Positions 39,700-51,904 of a stretch of 64,000 bases of DNA are shown here, piece after piece. Source of the stretch: Octopus vulgaris (taxonomy: Eukaryota); NCBI GenBank assembly GCA_951406725.2, contig OX597826.1, forward strand, positions 49,352,001 to 49,416,000, given 5' to 3'. The position numbers and the translations under genes were made by a program. A model generated the notes under the pieces. That model searched no databases. It worked only from the letters and a program-made list of their open reading frames with translations, and was not told where the DNA came from. The first letter of the stretch is position 1. Every line of letters starts with the position of its first letter.

Positions 39700-40010
39700 T
39701 GATTATTTTTATTATGGCCAGGTTCCAACCAGGGTCACAGCAACAAAGTTCACCCGCCACACTTCTTGATCCATCATCACCGCTTCGAGGCTCTGGATAC
39801 ATTCCAGGCCAGTGTCTACAATCAAGCTGTCGATGTGTGACGACGTTTTCCTATTCTTGCATCACCATGAAATAGATGCCATACACTCGAAGGATCTTCA
39901 GCATTTTGTAAAGATGGATGCTGTCAAAAGCTTTGCTGAAGTCCACGACGGTTATAATGGCAGGTCTGTCTTCATTTAACTCCTTCTACGAATGATACCT
40001 CTAAGAATGA
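39700..40010 (-). mobile_element. Non-LTR RT fragment (RTE-like)
   Basis: Minus strand VDFSKAFDSIHLYKMLKILRVYGI; degenerate. Confidence 0.7.
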
Positions 40011-40399
40011 TATCTATAACAAATGTTACGCATCCTATCTTTTATCTTTTACTTATTTCAATCTTTAGACTGCGGCCATGCTGGAGCACCGCCTCGAAAT
40101 ATTTCTGGTGGAATGAATCGACCCCAGTACTTACATTTTTTAATCCTAGTACTTATTCTATCGGATTTTTTTGTCGAACGGCTAGGTTAGGGGAACGTAA
40201 ACACACAAACACCGATTGTCAAGTAATGGTGAGTGGGGTCAAGCACAGACACGAAGACACAAACACACACACACATACATTGTGTGTGTGTCTTTGGGTC
40301 TGCATTAGTCCCCCACCATTACTTGACAACCGGTGTTTGTGTGATTACGTCCCCATAACTTAGTGGTTCGGCAAAAGAGATCCGATAGAATAAGTACCA

Positions 40400-40475
<76 letters not shown>

Positions 40476-40692
40476 AATGTGAAAATTACAATACATGACC
40501 AATGGTGGAACTTCGTTGCCGATATGTTTTCGTGATGGGCGAAGGCGTGGCTGGTGGCTGCGTGGTAAAAAGCTTGCTTCTCGACCACATGGTTCTAGGT
40601 TCAGTTCCAGTATATGGAGTCTTGGGCAAGTGTCTCTTGATATAGCCTCGGACCGACCTAAAGCTTGCGAGTGGATTAGATAGAAGCCCACC

Positions 40693-40789
<97 letters not shown>

Positions 40790-40934
40790 AAAGCATACTG
40801 GGAGAAAGGAAAGAAACGACGCGAGGGCGCTCAGTCATACAATAATGTAATAAATAAAATATATGCATACATACATACATATATGTACGTACCTACATCT
40901 ACATGTATATATACATGCATATATAAATATATAT

Positions 40935-41285
40935 ATGTGAGTACAGGACACCACAAATAGACGTAGAACTCAACGAGAAACGAAAACATAAAAACAAGGG
41001 AACGGACTTTTTTTAACAACGAAAAAACAGAACACAGGACAAACAACACAAGGAACATTCCCCTTCATCAGCTGTCCCCGGTTCGACTCCATGCATGTTT
41101 CGAAGGTAAGGACAGGACACGCTCGTCAGACCGGTCCTTCCTGCGAGGGAATTAAATAAAATTCCCTTGCAGAGGGGTAAAAACAGGGAAAGAAAAAAAT
41201 GTGACAAGAACAGGACGTAAAAGCAATACAAATAAAAATACAAATATAAAAAAATACAGTACACATAAAGAATAAAAACAGGACA
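40935..41285 (-). mobile_element. (TA)n-flanked repeat with degenerate hammerhead-like elements
   Basis: Minus strand CTGACGA...GAA-ACATGCAT (CpG-decayed ACGCGCGT) and a second CTGATGA; hairpin at 41141-41174. Confidence 0.4.
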
Positions 41286-41995
41286 TATATATATATATAT
41301 ATATACATGCATACACATACACACACACATATATATATATATACGGTGGGCTTCTATCTAATCCACTCGCAAGACTTAGGTCGGTCCGAGGCTATATCAA
41401 GAGACACTTGCCCAAGGCTCCAAGTACTGGAACTGAACCTAGAACCATGTGGTCGAGAAGCAAGCTTCTTACCACGGAGCCACTAGCCATGCCTTCGCCC
41501 ATCACGAAAACATATCGGCAACGAATTCCACCATTGGTCATCCATTGTAATTTTCACATTTTCCCGAGTTATCATCTTCAATCTACCAATTCTACCTTAC
41601 AAAATCTGTTTAACAGTTCCTTTAAAATCCTCCAACATTACCCATTGTTACCGGAGCATTTGGAATGAAATCAAATAGAGCTAACAAATAGGCAGAACAA
41701 ATTTCTGGCAACACCAAAATAAGTGAATTGCAAAAGATCCGTCTTTATGGGCACCTCATATATTTTGCATAAATTCCTCTCCGTGTAAATCCAGTTTTAC
41801 TCATTCAGTGTTGTAAATTTTATAAAGAGCTTTTATGTTACACTCAGGTATTTTTTAGGGTTTTTTTGGGGGGTTTTTACAATTGTAAGGCACTTCATTT
41901 TTTTATCGTCTTTAGATGCTAAACCTTGTCATCCCTTGACTTCTGTTGGTAGAGATTTGGGAGCAACTCGTAAAAAATTATAACACAGGTAAAAC

Positions 41996-42215
41996 ATGGT
42001 GATGATGATGATAATGATGACGATGATGATGATGATGATGATGATGGTGGGGAAGAAGAGGATAATGATGATGATGATGATGACGACGACAGCGACAACG
42101 ATGATGACGATGACATCCGCGACGACAATGATGATGACGACGACGACGACGGCAGCGACAGCGTCAGTGATGACGAAAGCGATAACGATGATGAGGACGT
42201 TGATGACGATGATGA

Positions 42216-42249
<34 letters not shown>

Positions 42250-42251
42250 GG

Positions 42252-42306
<55 letters not shown>

Positions 42307-42345
42307 AATGAAGGGGATGATGATGATGATGATGACGGTGATGAT
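41996..42345. repeat. Compound (GAT)n/(GAC)n/(GGT)n microsatellite
   Basis: Directly visible. Confidence 0.95.
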
Positions 42346-42729
42346 ATACCAAAAGTGAAAAAAAAAACTGGCTTCTCTCGTCCAAGCTATAAGAATATTT
42401 TGCAAGCTGCTGATAAGCAGTTCGGGGAGAATAAGGGTGCAGTTTTCATTACATATGAAGAGAAATCGAAAGATTAGATCTGATGGTATAAATGATACCA
42501 CCAGATGACGTTACCAAAGAATGTTGCAGGAGATGCTGCGTTTTTGAAACTTTTTTGTCGCGACCTATTTTATTTATCTCTCGACCCCACTTCAAGGGTT
42601 GCGACCCACAGTTCGAAAAACGCTGGATATCCTGCCCCTGCATCCACTTGCATTTTTTTCTTCCCTTCTTTTTTCTGGCGACCAACTGAAGAGTCGGGAC
42701 CTACAGTTTGAAAAACGCTGAGATAGGCT

Positions 42730-43510
42730 AGGGCATTGAAAGGAAAAATGAAAGAGAAAGCCTCCACAGAGCACAAACAAGGAGTTATGAAGGTACACGA
42801 AACATGACTAACTGAAGATAATATCATCAAGGCAATGAATACATTGATTGTGATAATATTGAGATACTCTGCTCTTTTTCTAAAGAGGACAAAGTCAGAG
42901 CTACAAGAATTGGAAAGAAGAACAATGAACATGTTCACAATTCATAACGCGTACCACTCTAAAAGGAACATCGATAGGCTCCACTGACCGAGATGGATGG
43001 AGGAATATGTTAAATGTGCTAGACTGTCAATTCTGAAATATTAGGTCTGAAAAACTACGCTGTGCATAGTGAAGAAACAACATTATCTGAGTTCAAATTC
43101 CGTCGAGGTCGACTTTGCTTTTCATCCTTTCGGGGTGGATTAAATAAGTACCAGTTACGCACTGGGGTAGATGTAATCGACTTAATCCCTTTGTCTGTCC
43201 TTGTTTGTCCCCTCTGTGTTTAGTCCTCCTATGGGTAATAAAGAAATAAACATCATCTGAAGCAGAAATATCCAAAAAGTCGCTGAAACAGAAAATTGAA
43301 GAACGACACGAAAGAGAAGGAATTATTATGGTCATTTCATGTAACAAACCTGCTGGAAGTGAAGAGCGCTAGTTGTGGCTGATTTATGGAAACCTGGAGC
43401 GAAAATCTGAATTGCTGACCATAGCTGCTTCGGAACAAGCCATTAGAAGGAACTTGATGAAAAGAAAGATTGATGAAACTCAGTCAGAGTGCAAATACGA
43501 AATATTAGAG
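42730..43510 (+). mobile_element. Degenerate R4/Dong-like non-LTR retrotransposon fragment, interrupted by a SINE at 43087-43250
   Basis: NIIKAMNT...TKSELQELERRTMNMFTIHNAYHSKRNIDRLH*PR; GNLERKSELLTIAASEQAIRRNLMKRKID. A similar-family C-terminus (VTGAFG...ISELQK..MGTSYILHKFL) lies at 41645-41790. Confidence 0.65.
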
Positions 43511-43840
43511 AAAATGATGGAAGTATTTTTGCTTATAAATTGTCACGCTACTTCTCATCTTCAGCCACTTGAATAACGTGAAACTCAAGTGCTTCACTTA
43601 CTATATACATAAAGGTGGCGAGTTGGCAGAGTCGTTAGCACGCCGGGCGAAATGCTTAGCGGTATTTCGTCTGCCGTTACGTTGTGAGTTCAAATTCCGC
43701 CGATATCGACTTTACCTTTCATCCTTTCGGGGTCGATAAATTAAGTACCAGTTACGCACTGGGGTCGATGTAATCGACTTAATACCTATGTCTGTCCTTG
43801 TTTGTCCCCTCTATGTTTAGCCCCTTGAGGGTAATAAAGA

Positions 43841-44560
43841 AGTTAGTTAGTTAGTTAGTTAATTATTTGGCTCAAAAAGCAAAAAGCAAGGCCATGTAGG
43901 GGGACATGGAGTTATGTACAGGGTGGTGTTCATGTAAAGAGTTCAGGCCACTTGTGGTCAAGGGAGACTTTGAACCGAGCGGTCGTCGGCATCTTCACCA
44001 TCTCGTCCGGCAGCTTATTCCACGGATCCGCAACCCGGACGGAGAAAGCCCCTCTCCTTCGATTGAGATGAAATCGTCGCAGATAGAGCTTTTCGGAATG
44101 ACCCCGCAGCCGACGCTCTGGAGCAGGAGTGAAGAACAGCTCTTTCGAGAGGTTACACTTTCCGCTTATGATGTTGTGAGCAAGAATGAGATCACCACGG
44201 CGTCGTCGTTTTTCTAGAGAATAAAGGTCGAGCGTCTTCAGCCTTTCTTCATAAGACAAATTCTTGAGACCAAGAACCATGCGGCTAGCCAGCTTCTGGA
44301 CTCTTTCGAGATGCTGTATGTCTTTGAGGAGATAAGGAGAAGAAGCTTGAATCCCTTACTCCAATATGGGTTTCACCAACGTGACATAGAGCGGTAGGAA
44401 TATGGCTGCTGTGAGCATTCCGAATGACCGTCGAATCAAGAACAGAACTCCGCGTGCTTTGTTGACAGCATGGACGCACTGGGCCGAAGGCGAAAAGGAT
44501 GAATCCACCAAGATACCCAGGTCCTTTACCTGATCGGTCCTCTCCAGCAGCAGACGACCC
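43841..44560 (-). mobile_element. 5'-truncated CR1-clade LINE
   Basis: VKDLGILVDSS...; GLKNLSYEERLKTLDLYSLEKRRRRGDLI...RGHSEKL...FSVRVADPWNKLP; (TAAC)n tail; inserted between two SINE-B units. Confidence 0.92.
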
Positions 44561-45004
44561 GAAATAGGTATTTCGTCTGTCGTTACGTTCTGAGTTCAAA
44601 TTCCGCCGAGGTCGACTTTGCCTTTCATCCTTTCGGGGTCGATAAATAAAGTACCAGTTTTGCACTGGGATCGACGTAATCGACTTAATCCGTTTGTCTG
44701 TCCTTGTTTGTCCCCGCTATGTTTAGCTCCTTGTGGGCAGTAAAGAAATATATATACACATACATATAACTATCTCTTTATCTCTCTCTCCCTCTCTCAC
44801 TTCCTCTCTTCCTTTCCCTCTCTCTCCCTCTCTCTCTCTCTACACACACACACACTTATACATACTTATACATATACTATATGCATGAAGCTTCTGACTT
44901 CAATGTTATGGTTGTTGCAATTACGTAAATGATAAGGGATTTACGTGTGAGCGCTGAACTGCTTTCTGTTTATGCTGGCTATGGAAGCATACATACAGAC
45001 AGAA

Positions 45005-45240
<236 letters not shown>

Positions 45241-45349
45241 GGGGAGAGAGAGAAGGAGTATCTCCCTTCCTATTCACCATTTATTTATTTAGTCCTCATT
45301 GTATTGGAATGGGTTTAAGCATAGTGACCTCTTAAAAAAAAAAGGTGCG

Positions 45350-45470
45350 GTTTGAGGTCAGCAGGCCTTAGTATTTTTAAGTATTGGTTCTTCTGCTTAT
45401 TTATGGCACTTTGTATTTAGGAGCTTTTGTGGATTTTGGGTAATCCGTAGAAATTGATCTCTTTGATTAC
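45350..45470 (-). mobile_element. Inverted Penelope RT fragment (FYGLPKIHK motif)
   Basis: Minus strand NFYGLPKIHKSS*IQSAINKQKNQYLKILRPADLK; partly an inverted duplicate of 45493-45560. Confidence 0.8.
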
Positions 45471-45492
45471 AGAGTTGCATATATAATCTTTT

Positions 45493-46290
45493 ATACAAAG
45501 TGCCATAAATAAGCAGAAGAACCAGTATGTAAAAATATGACGGCCTGCTAACCTCAAACTAAGACCAATAGTTGCTGGACCTCAAACGCCAACACAACTA
45601 AGTCATTTTTTTAGATATACTCCTAAAACCTTTGCGCCCTTTAATACCAAGTTATGTACGAGATGGCATAGATTTCATCCAACACATCTCTTCCACTTTC
45701 GCAGAAGTTACCAATCTCTATGCTAATATACCTCACACTTTAGACCTAGAAACATCATTCATCATCATTGTTCGACCGTGGTCGAGACAATGGAATTTAC
45801 CATGCTACGCCAGACTTCACGGTCCATCATGGCATTACGGAGGTCCTGTTGCTGGATGCCTGTATCCCTGGAGATTACATCAGGGTAGGAGAGTGTGCGC
45901 CCTCTGGTATTGCGAGTAGATGGCTTCCAGAGGAGAAGAGTAGAAATTACTTCTTTTTCAGCTCTGCAACAATGTCCTGCAAACTGGACTCTCCAACCTT
46001 TCACAAGAGGGGACAAACAAGGACAGACAAACGGATTAAGTCGATTACATCGACCCCACTGCGTAACTGGTACTTAATTTTATCGACCCCGAAAGGATGA
46101 AAGGGAAAGTCGACCTCGGCGGAAAGGTAGACCTAGAAACAATCAAACACTGGGTAGAGAAACAGAGAACGGATAGATGACCGCTTCAAGACTGACTTCA
46201 TCACCAAGGCCACACACGCCTAGTACTAGAAGAAAATACGTTTATATTCGACAATAAAACATTTCGACAGTTAAAGAGCAGTTAAACGTA
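45493..46290 (+). mobile_element. Penelope-like reverse-transcriptase pseudogene fragment, split by a 373-bp insertion
   Basis: LKLRPIVAGPQTPTQLSHF/LDILLKPLRPLIPSYVRDGIDFIQHI...VTNLYANIPHTLDLET | IKHWVEK...LVLEENTFIFDNKTFRQLK, with stops and frameshifts. Confidence 0.82.
45755..46127 (-). mobile_element. SINE/RTE-3'-end chimeric insertion with a 14-bp TSD
   Basis: TSD tagacctagaaaca at 45741-45754 and 46128-46141. RTE-like C-terminus (RVQFAGHCCRA...AMMDREVWRSMV) with a (TGA)n tail, fused to a SINE-B body near 46005. Confidence 0.8.
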
Positions 46291-46314
46291 CACGGGACGA
46301 TCCATAATACCGAA

Positions 46315-46719
46315 GGCGCAGGAGTGGCTGTGTGGTAAGTAGCTTGCTAACCAACCACATGGTTCCGGGTTCAGTCCCACTGCGTGGCATCTTGGGCAAG
46401 TGTCTTCTGCTATAGCCCCGGGCCGACCAATGCCTTGTGAGTGGATTTGGTAGACGGAAACTGAAAGAAGCCTGTCGTATATATGTATATATATATGTGT
46501 GTGTATATGTGTTTGTGTGTGTGTGTGTGTTTGTCCCCCTAGCATTGCTTGACAACCGATGCTGGTGTGTTTACGTCCCCGTCACTTAGCGGTTCGGCAA
46601 AAGACACCGATAGAATAAGTACTGGGCTTACAAAGAATAAGTCCCGGGGTCGATTTGCTCGACTAAAGGCGGTGCTCCAGCATGGCCGCAGTCAAATGAC
46701 TGAAACAAGTAAAAGAGAG
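46315..46719 (+). mobile_element. tRNA-derived SINE family A, representative full copy with an internal (TA)n(TG)n tract
   Basis: A-box-like tggctgtgtggtaag and B-box-like ggttcagtccc; 3' ggtgctccagcatggccgcagtcaaatgactgaaac tail; many copies in the window. Confidence 0.9.
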
Positions 46720-47004
46720 TGTATATATATTCCTGAGCGTTATACTAATACATCTGTTTGTTTTGTACACCACCTGAGCTGGCAGAAACGTTAGCACGCC
46801 GGGTGAAATGCGTAGCCGTATTTCGTATGCCGTTACGTTCTGAGTTCAAATTCCGCCGAGGTCGACTTTCTCTTTCATCCTTTCAGGGTCGATAAAATTA
46901 AGTACCAGTTACGTGCTGGGGTCGATGTAATCGACTTAATCCGTTTGTCTGTCCTTGTTTGTCTCCTCTATGTTTAGCCCCTTGTGGGTAATAAAGAAAT
47001 ATAT

Positions 47005-47472
47005 AGAGCGGAGGCGGGAGAGATATGCGGTGATATACATCTGGAAAATCCTGGAGGGTCTTGTCCTAAACTTTGGCATTCAAAGTTACCCCAACCGCAG
47101 AACGGAGTGCCACTGCATGGTGCCAAAGATTCCAACATCACCATCAAAATACAGGTCCAAATACTGCAACAGCTTGGGTTTCAGAGGACCACAGCTCTTT
47201 AACATCCTCTCTAAATGCCTGAGAGACTTACATGGTGTGGATGTGGGTTTCTTTAAAATTAAACTGGATCTCTTCTTGTCGGGAGTCCCAGATGAACCTA
47301 CCTCACGGCAGGAGACGCAGATGCGGGCAGCAGCATCGAACTTCCTTGTTGATCAAGTGCCACGTATCAGAGGTGGATTCACATATTAGTGTAGCTCATT
47401 CAGCGGTGGTGCCCCAGCATGGCCGCGGCCTTCGGGCTAAAACATTTTTAAGGATTTTAAGGATTTTAAGGA
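47005..47472 (+). mobile_element. CR1-clade LINE 3' end, second family
   Basis: RRRERYAVIYIWKILEGLV...NSLGFRGPQLFNIL...FKIKLDLFLSGVPDEP; (AGGATTTTA)n tail. Confidence 0.85.
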
Positions 47473-47544
47473 TATATATATATTTCATTTTATTTCATTT
47501 TATTTATTTATTTTAAAAATTAATTTGCAAATATAATACTAATG

Positions 47545-47850
47545 TTCTTTCATGCAGAACTACATTTCATCAAAAAATTCCCTCCAAAGTTGAAGGTTTG
47601 GAAGTGGAGACAATACATTTTGTATTCTGAATATAACTCGAAGAGGAGAAAAAGGAAGAAAGAGAAAAAAAAAAGAAAATAGGAAGAGAGAAAGAAAGCA
47701 AAGTGACTTTCAGTGATGACCAAACCGCACCTGTTTGTTTATTCTTTTGCAGAGGCCACCATCCCTTAAACCCATTCCAATACAATGGTAAAGGACTAAA
47801 TAAATAAATGAATGGTGAATACGAAGGGGGATAATCCTTTTCTCTCTCTT
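47545..47850 (+). mobile_element. Possible Penelope 3' end; 47721-47850 is an inverted copy of 45240-45354
   Basis: HAELHFIKKFPPKLKV resembles the E..FI...F.PKLN terminus. A shared block (caaaccgcacc...cccattccaatacaatg...ggactaaataaataaatg) is present in inverted orientation at both loci. Confidence 0.45.
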
Positions 47851-48112
47851 CCTCTACCTCTCAGTCTAACTATCATTTTTTATTTTATTTATTTATTTAT
47901 TTATTTTTTATTCTTTTCTTCTCTTTTACGATCCCTTTTGATCGAAAACCTACGCCACCCCTTTTTTTTTTCTTTTTGTTTCTTTTGTTTTTGGTTTTTT
48001 CATCCCCCAAAAGAAAAGCTCTACCTTGTAACTTGTCCCATCTGTGTGCAGCCCTGTGTGGCCAATAAAGAAACTTATCTATGTATCAGCCTACCTACTA
48101 CCTACCTATATT

Positions 48113-48183
<71 letters not shown>

Positions 48184-48412
48184 CCATTGTCATGGAACCA
48201 CACCGCAAAAAAAAAACAAAAATAATGTTCTCCCCAAGCAACATCTGTTTTATATAAATGAACAAGCTGTTTGTACATTCACAAAATTTTATTTGACGAG
48301 TTCGGGAAAGAGACGAAAGCGTTAATAATAATGAAGAAATAAAAAGAAGTTTTTCCAAAATTCTGACGATTTTTTTTTCTCAATATTCCATTTCTGTACA
48401 TCACACCTAACA

Positions 48413-48487
<75 letters not shown>

Positions 48488-48488
<1 letters not shown>

Positions 48489-48880
48489 GAGTGGCTATGT
48501 GGTAAGAAGCTTGCTTACCAACAACGTGGTCATGGGTTCAGTCCCACTGCGTAGCACCTTGGTGAAGTGTCTTCTACTATAGCCTTGGACCGACCAATGC
48601 CTTCTGAGATGATTTGGTAGACGGAAATCGGAAAAAAACCGTCGCGTCGTGTATATATATATATATATATATTTGACATATTTGTCTGTGTTTATCCCCT
48701 ACCGTCGCTTGACAACCGATGTTGATGTGTTTATGTCCCCGTAACTTAGCAATTCGGCAAAAGTGCCAAATAGAATAAGTACTAGGCTTATAAAGAATAA
48801 GTGCTCGGGTCGATTTGTTCGACTAAAGGCGGTGCTCCAGCATGGCCGCAGTCAAATGACTAAAACAAGTATAAGAATAA
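48488..48880 (+). mobile_element. SINE family A
   Basis: Colinear with 46315-46719. Confidence 0.85.
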
Positions 48881-49261
48881 AAAAATGCATACACACTCAT
48901 AAGTGTATAAATGAGTGTGTATTCGTGTATATATTTATATATATATATATTCTTATATTCTCTTGTTTCAGTCATTTGACTGTGGCCATATGTATATATA
49001 TATATATATATATATGGAGAGAGAGAGAGAGAGAATTTAAAAAAAAAGACATCTCGTTTTGTTATGTTCTGGTTCCATTCACAGCAAGTTTCTTGTCAGT
49101 GCCTCCAGAGTGGAAGTAATATTATCGATAATGGCCGAAATTGCGTTTGGCTGATATCTGATGAAGAATTGGTGACCTTCTGTGTTTCCTATTCGCCTGT
49201 GTGTTTAGTATATGTTCGTTTGTTTATTACTACACGTCTTTTTTTAAATTCTCTCTCTCTC

Positions 49262-49296
<35 letters not shown>

Positions 49297-49327
49297 GTAT
49301 TCCTTCGAATAGCTATATCTCTTTGAC

Positions 49328-49384
<57 letters not shown>

Positions 49385-49499
49385 TATATATTATATATTA
49401 TATAGTCTTTGACTATCGTTTCTTTCTCACTAGACGCTGGTAGCAAGAATTTTTTCTAGAATTTTTCGCTACCCTTATATTTATTAATATATATATATT

Positions 49500-49669
49500 T
49501 TTCTCCATCTCTTGTTGCCCACTTTAGGATCTTTTTTCCTCTTCTTCTTCTTATGTTTCCGACGAAGAGCTCCGTCGAAACGTCATCCTCTCTCCATATT
49601 TCCTGAGCGCCTATTAATAATTACTGTAATTGTTCCACGTGTTGTTGTTTTTTGTTTTCCGTTTGGATT

Positions 49670-49675
<6 letters not shown>
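49500..49675 (+). mobile_element. (TA)n-flanked repeat related to 3062-3265, with degenerate hammerhead motif at 49559-49584
   Basis: CCGACGA-A-GAGC tccgtc-GAA-ACGT-C, followed by the shared ttcctgagcgc block; stem I is not intact. Confidence 0.5.
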
Positions 49676-49717
<42 letters not shown>

Positions 49718-49914
49718 CACACATATATATAGGTTTTTCATATTTTCCGTTTGTTGTATTTTTACTTAATTCTAAAAATATTATTTATATAACACACGCA
49801 CTCATTAATTTTTTTTACCGGATACCTGGCGTGTGTATGTTTATGTATATATAAATATACGTTACGTATTTCATGTTGTTTGCACCGTTGGTGATGTCAT
49901 GTACCTTTATATGC

Positions 49915-49973
<59 letters not shown>

Positions 49974-49989
49974 TATATTATTTACTATT

Positions 49990-50023
<34 letters not shown>

Positions 50024-50155
50024 TCTAAAGCAGAAATTAGAGGTTAACATGACATCCGTTTAATTGTCCAATATCGCCAAGCATTGTCCGATTCTGTGAC
50101 ACTGTAGAAATCTTTGTAAACCATTCATCATCATAAGCATTTGTTTCATGTCCCC

Positions 50156-50207
<52 letters not shown>

Positions 50208-50286
50208 CGAATATCACCTCCTCCTCCGCTGCCACCTCCATCTCGTGCAAGCATTGTGTTGAGACAATGAAGCTATTGTTGGGGAA

Positions 50287-50356
<70 letters not shown>

Positions 50357-51025
50357 ATTGCCCTCCTCCTAACCACTGTTGCTACAGTGGCCCTACTTAT
50401 GATCATCATCATCAGCAGCAGCAGCAGCAGCAACAGCAGCCGCATCATCTTCATAACTGTTGTTGTTGTTGTTATTGTGTATGTATGTATGTATGTATGT
50501 GTTCCCCCACATCCTCCCCGCCTCACCTCGCCTGTAACCCTTTCATCCTAGATTTCTATTGAACTATCCTCCTCCTCCTACTACTACTACTACTCATCTC
50601 CTTCTTTTCCACCTCCGCCCCCTTCTCCGTCTCCTCCTCCTCCTCTTCCTCTTTGTTCTTCTCTGGATGCTATCACTATTGTTCTCCTACAAGTTCAGTG
50701 ACATGTGTAGGTCAGGTCTTTTCTTCACAAGATTCCTTATCATCATCTTTGTCTTTCCCTCTCATTCTGCAGCTCTCTCTCTCCATCCTCATCCTTGTCT
50801 ATCCCCTCTCGTTCTCCCCCCTACCCCTCTCTCTCTATCTCAAGTTATCTTTCTCTATCTCTTCCTCCCTTTTTATCTCTCTGTCTACCTTTGTTTCTTC
50901 CCTTCAGCTTTGTCTATATTTTTCTTTCTTTTGAACTATGTCTCTCTCTATCACTCCCTCTCTATTTATCTCTCTGTTTTTCTTTCCTCCCTTTAGTCTA
51001 GTTTATCTCTCTCTATCTCTCCTTC

Positions 51026-51087
<62 letters not shown>

Positions 51088-51425
51088 CTGTCTCTCCTTC
51101 CTTCAGCGTAACTGTTATTCTAACTCTCTCTTTCTCTCCAACAACCATTCTCTCTCTCCCTCCAAACTATCTTCGTCTCTCTCACTACTCTCCCACTCTC
51201 TCTAACTACTCCTTTCTGTTTATCTCTCTTTTCCCACTCTCTCTTTGTCTCTCTTTATCTCTCTTTCTCTCTCAAATACAATATATTGTAAACAAACTTG
51301 TTTAACTCTGTTGGTCCTTGCTTATAATCATACAATTTGTTCATAGACCGCACGGATTTCATTTTCCTTTCCTTTTCGAGATTATTTTCTTCAGCAGCAG
51401 CAGCAGCAGCAGCAGCAGTAGCAGC

Positions 51426-51461
<36 letters not shown>

Positions 51462-51904
51462 TTGATTGAGGGAGTAGTGGTCGTCACTGCTGCTGTCGCC
51501 CGTCGTCGACATTGTCTTGTTTCATGAATGAATACGAAGACAGAAGCGAGAGATATTGATTACAGATAAGATCTTAATAAATAAATACAGCCATTACATA
51601 ATTCATTGACTTACAGTTCTGAGTTCGAATTCTAGTCCAAAATAAGTCGAATGAGGCCGAGAGAGGAAGCTTTTTCCGATCTGAAGAATCGTTCGTTAGC
51701 AGGTGGCGAATACCTACCATATTTTCCGGCACACAATTTGATGAAGCATATATAGTGTAGACACAGCCATTACATAATTCACTGACTTACAGTTCTGTGT
51801 TCGAATTCTAGTCCCAAATAAGTCGAATGGGGCCGAGAGAGGAAGCTTTTTCTGATCCTACCACATGCCCACGCTTCTGTCGTACCTGGAAACTAAAACA
51901 ATCA

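Noticed and set aside
41919-42501. Poly-Met, poly-His, poly-Ile and poly-Ser ORFs
   Set aside because: Frames of a (GAT)n microsatellite; no splice or domain support.
42686-42720. CTGAAGA-GTC-GG-GAC as a hammerhead
   Set aside because: No GAAA follows the putative stem II; it lies in a duplicated MITE-like end (cagttYgaaaaacgctg).
46315-46390. tRNA gene (A/B boxes), also at other SINE heads
   Set aside because: No full cloverleaf; continues into a repeated SINE body.
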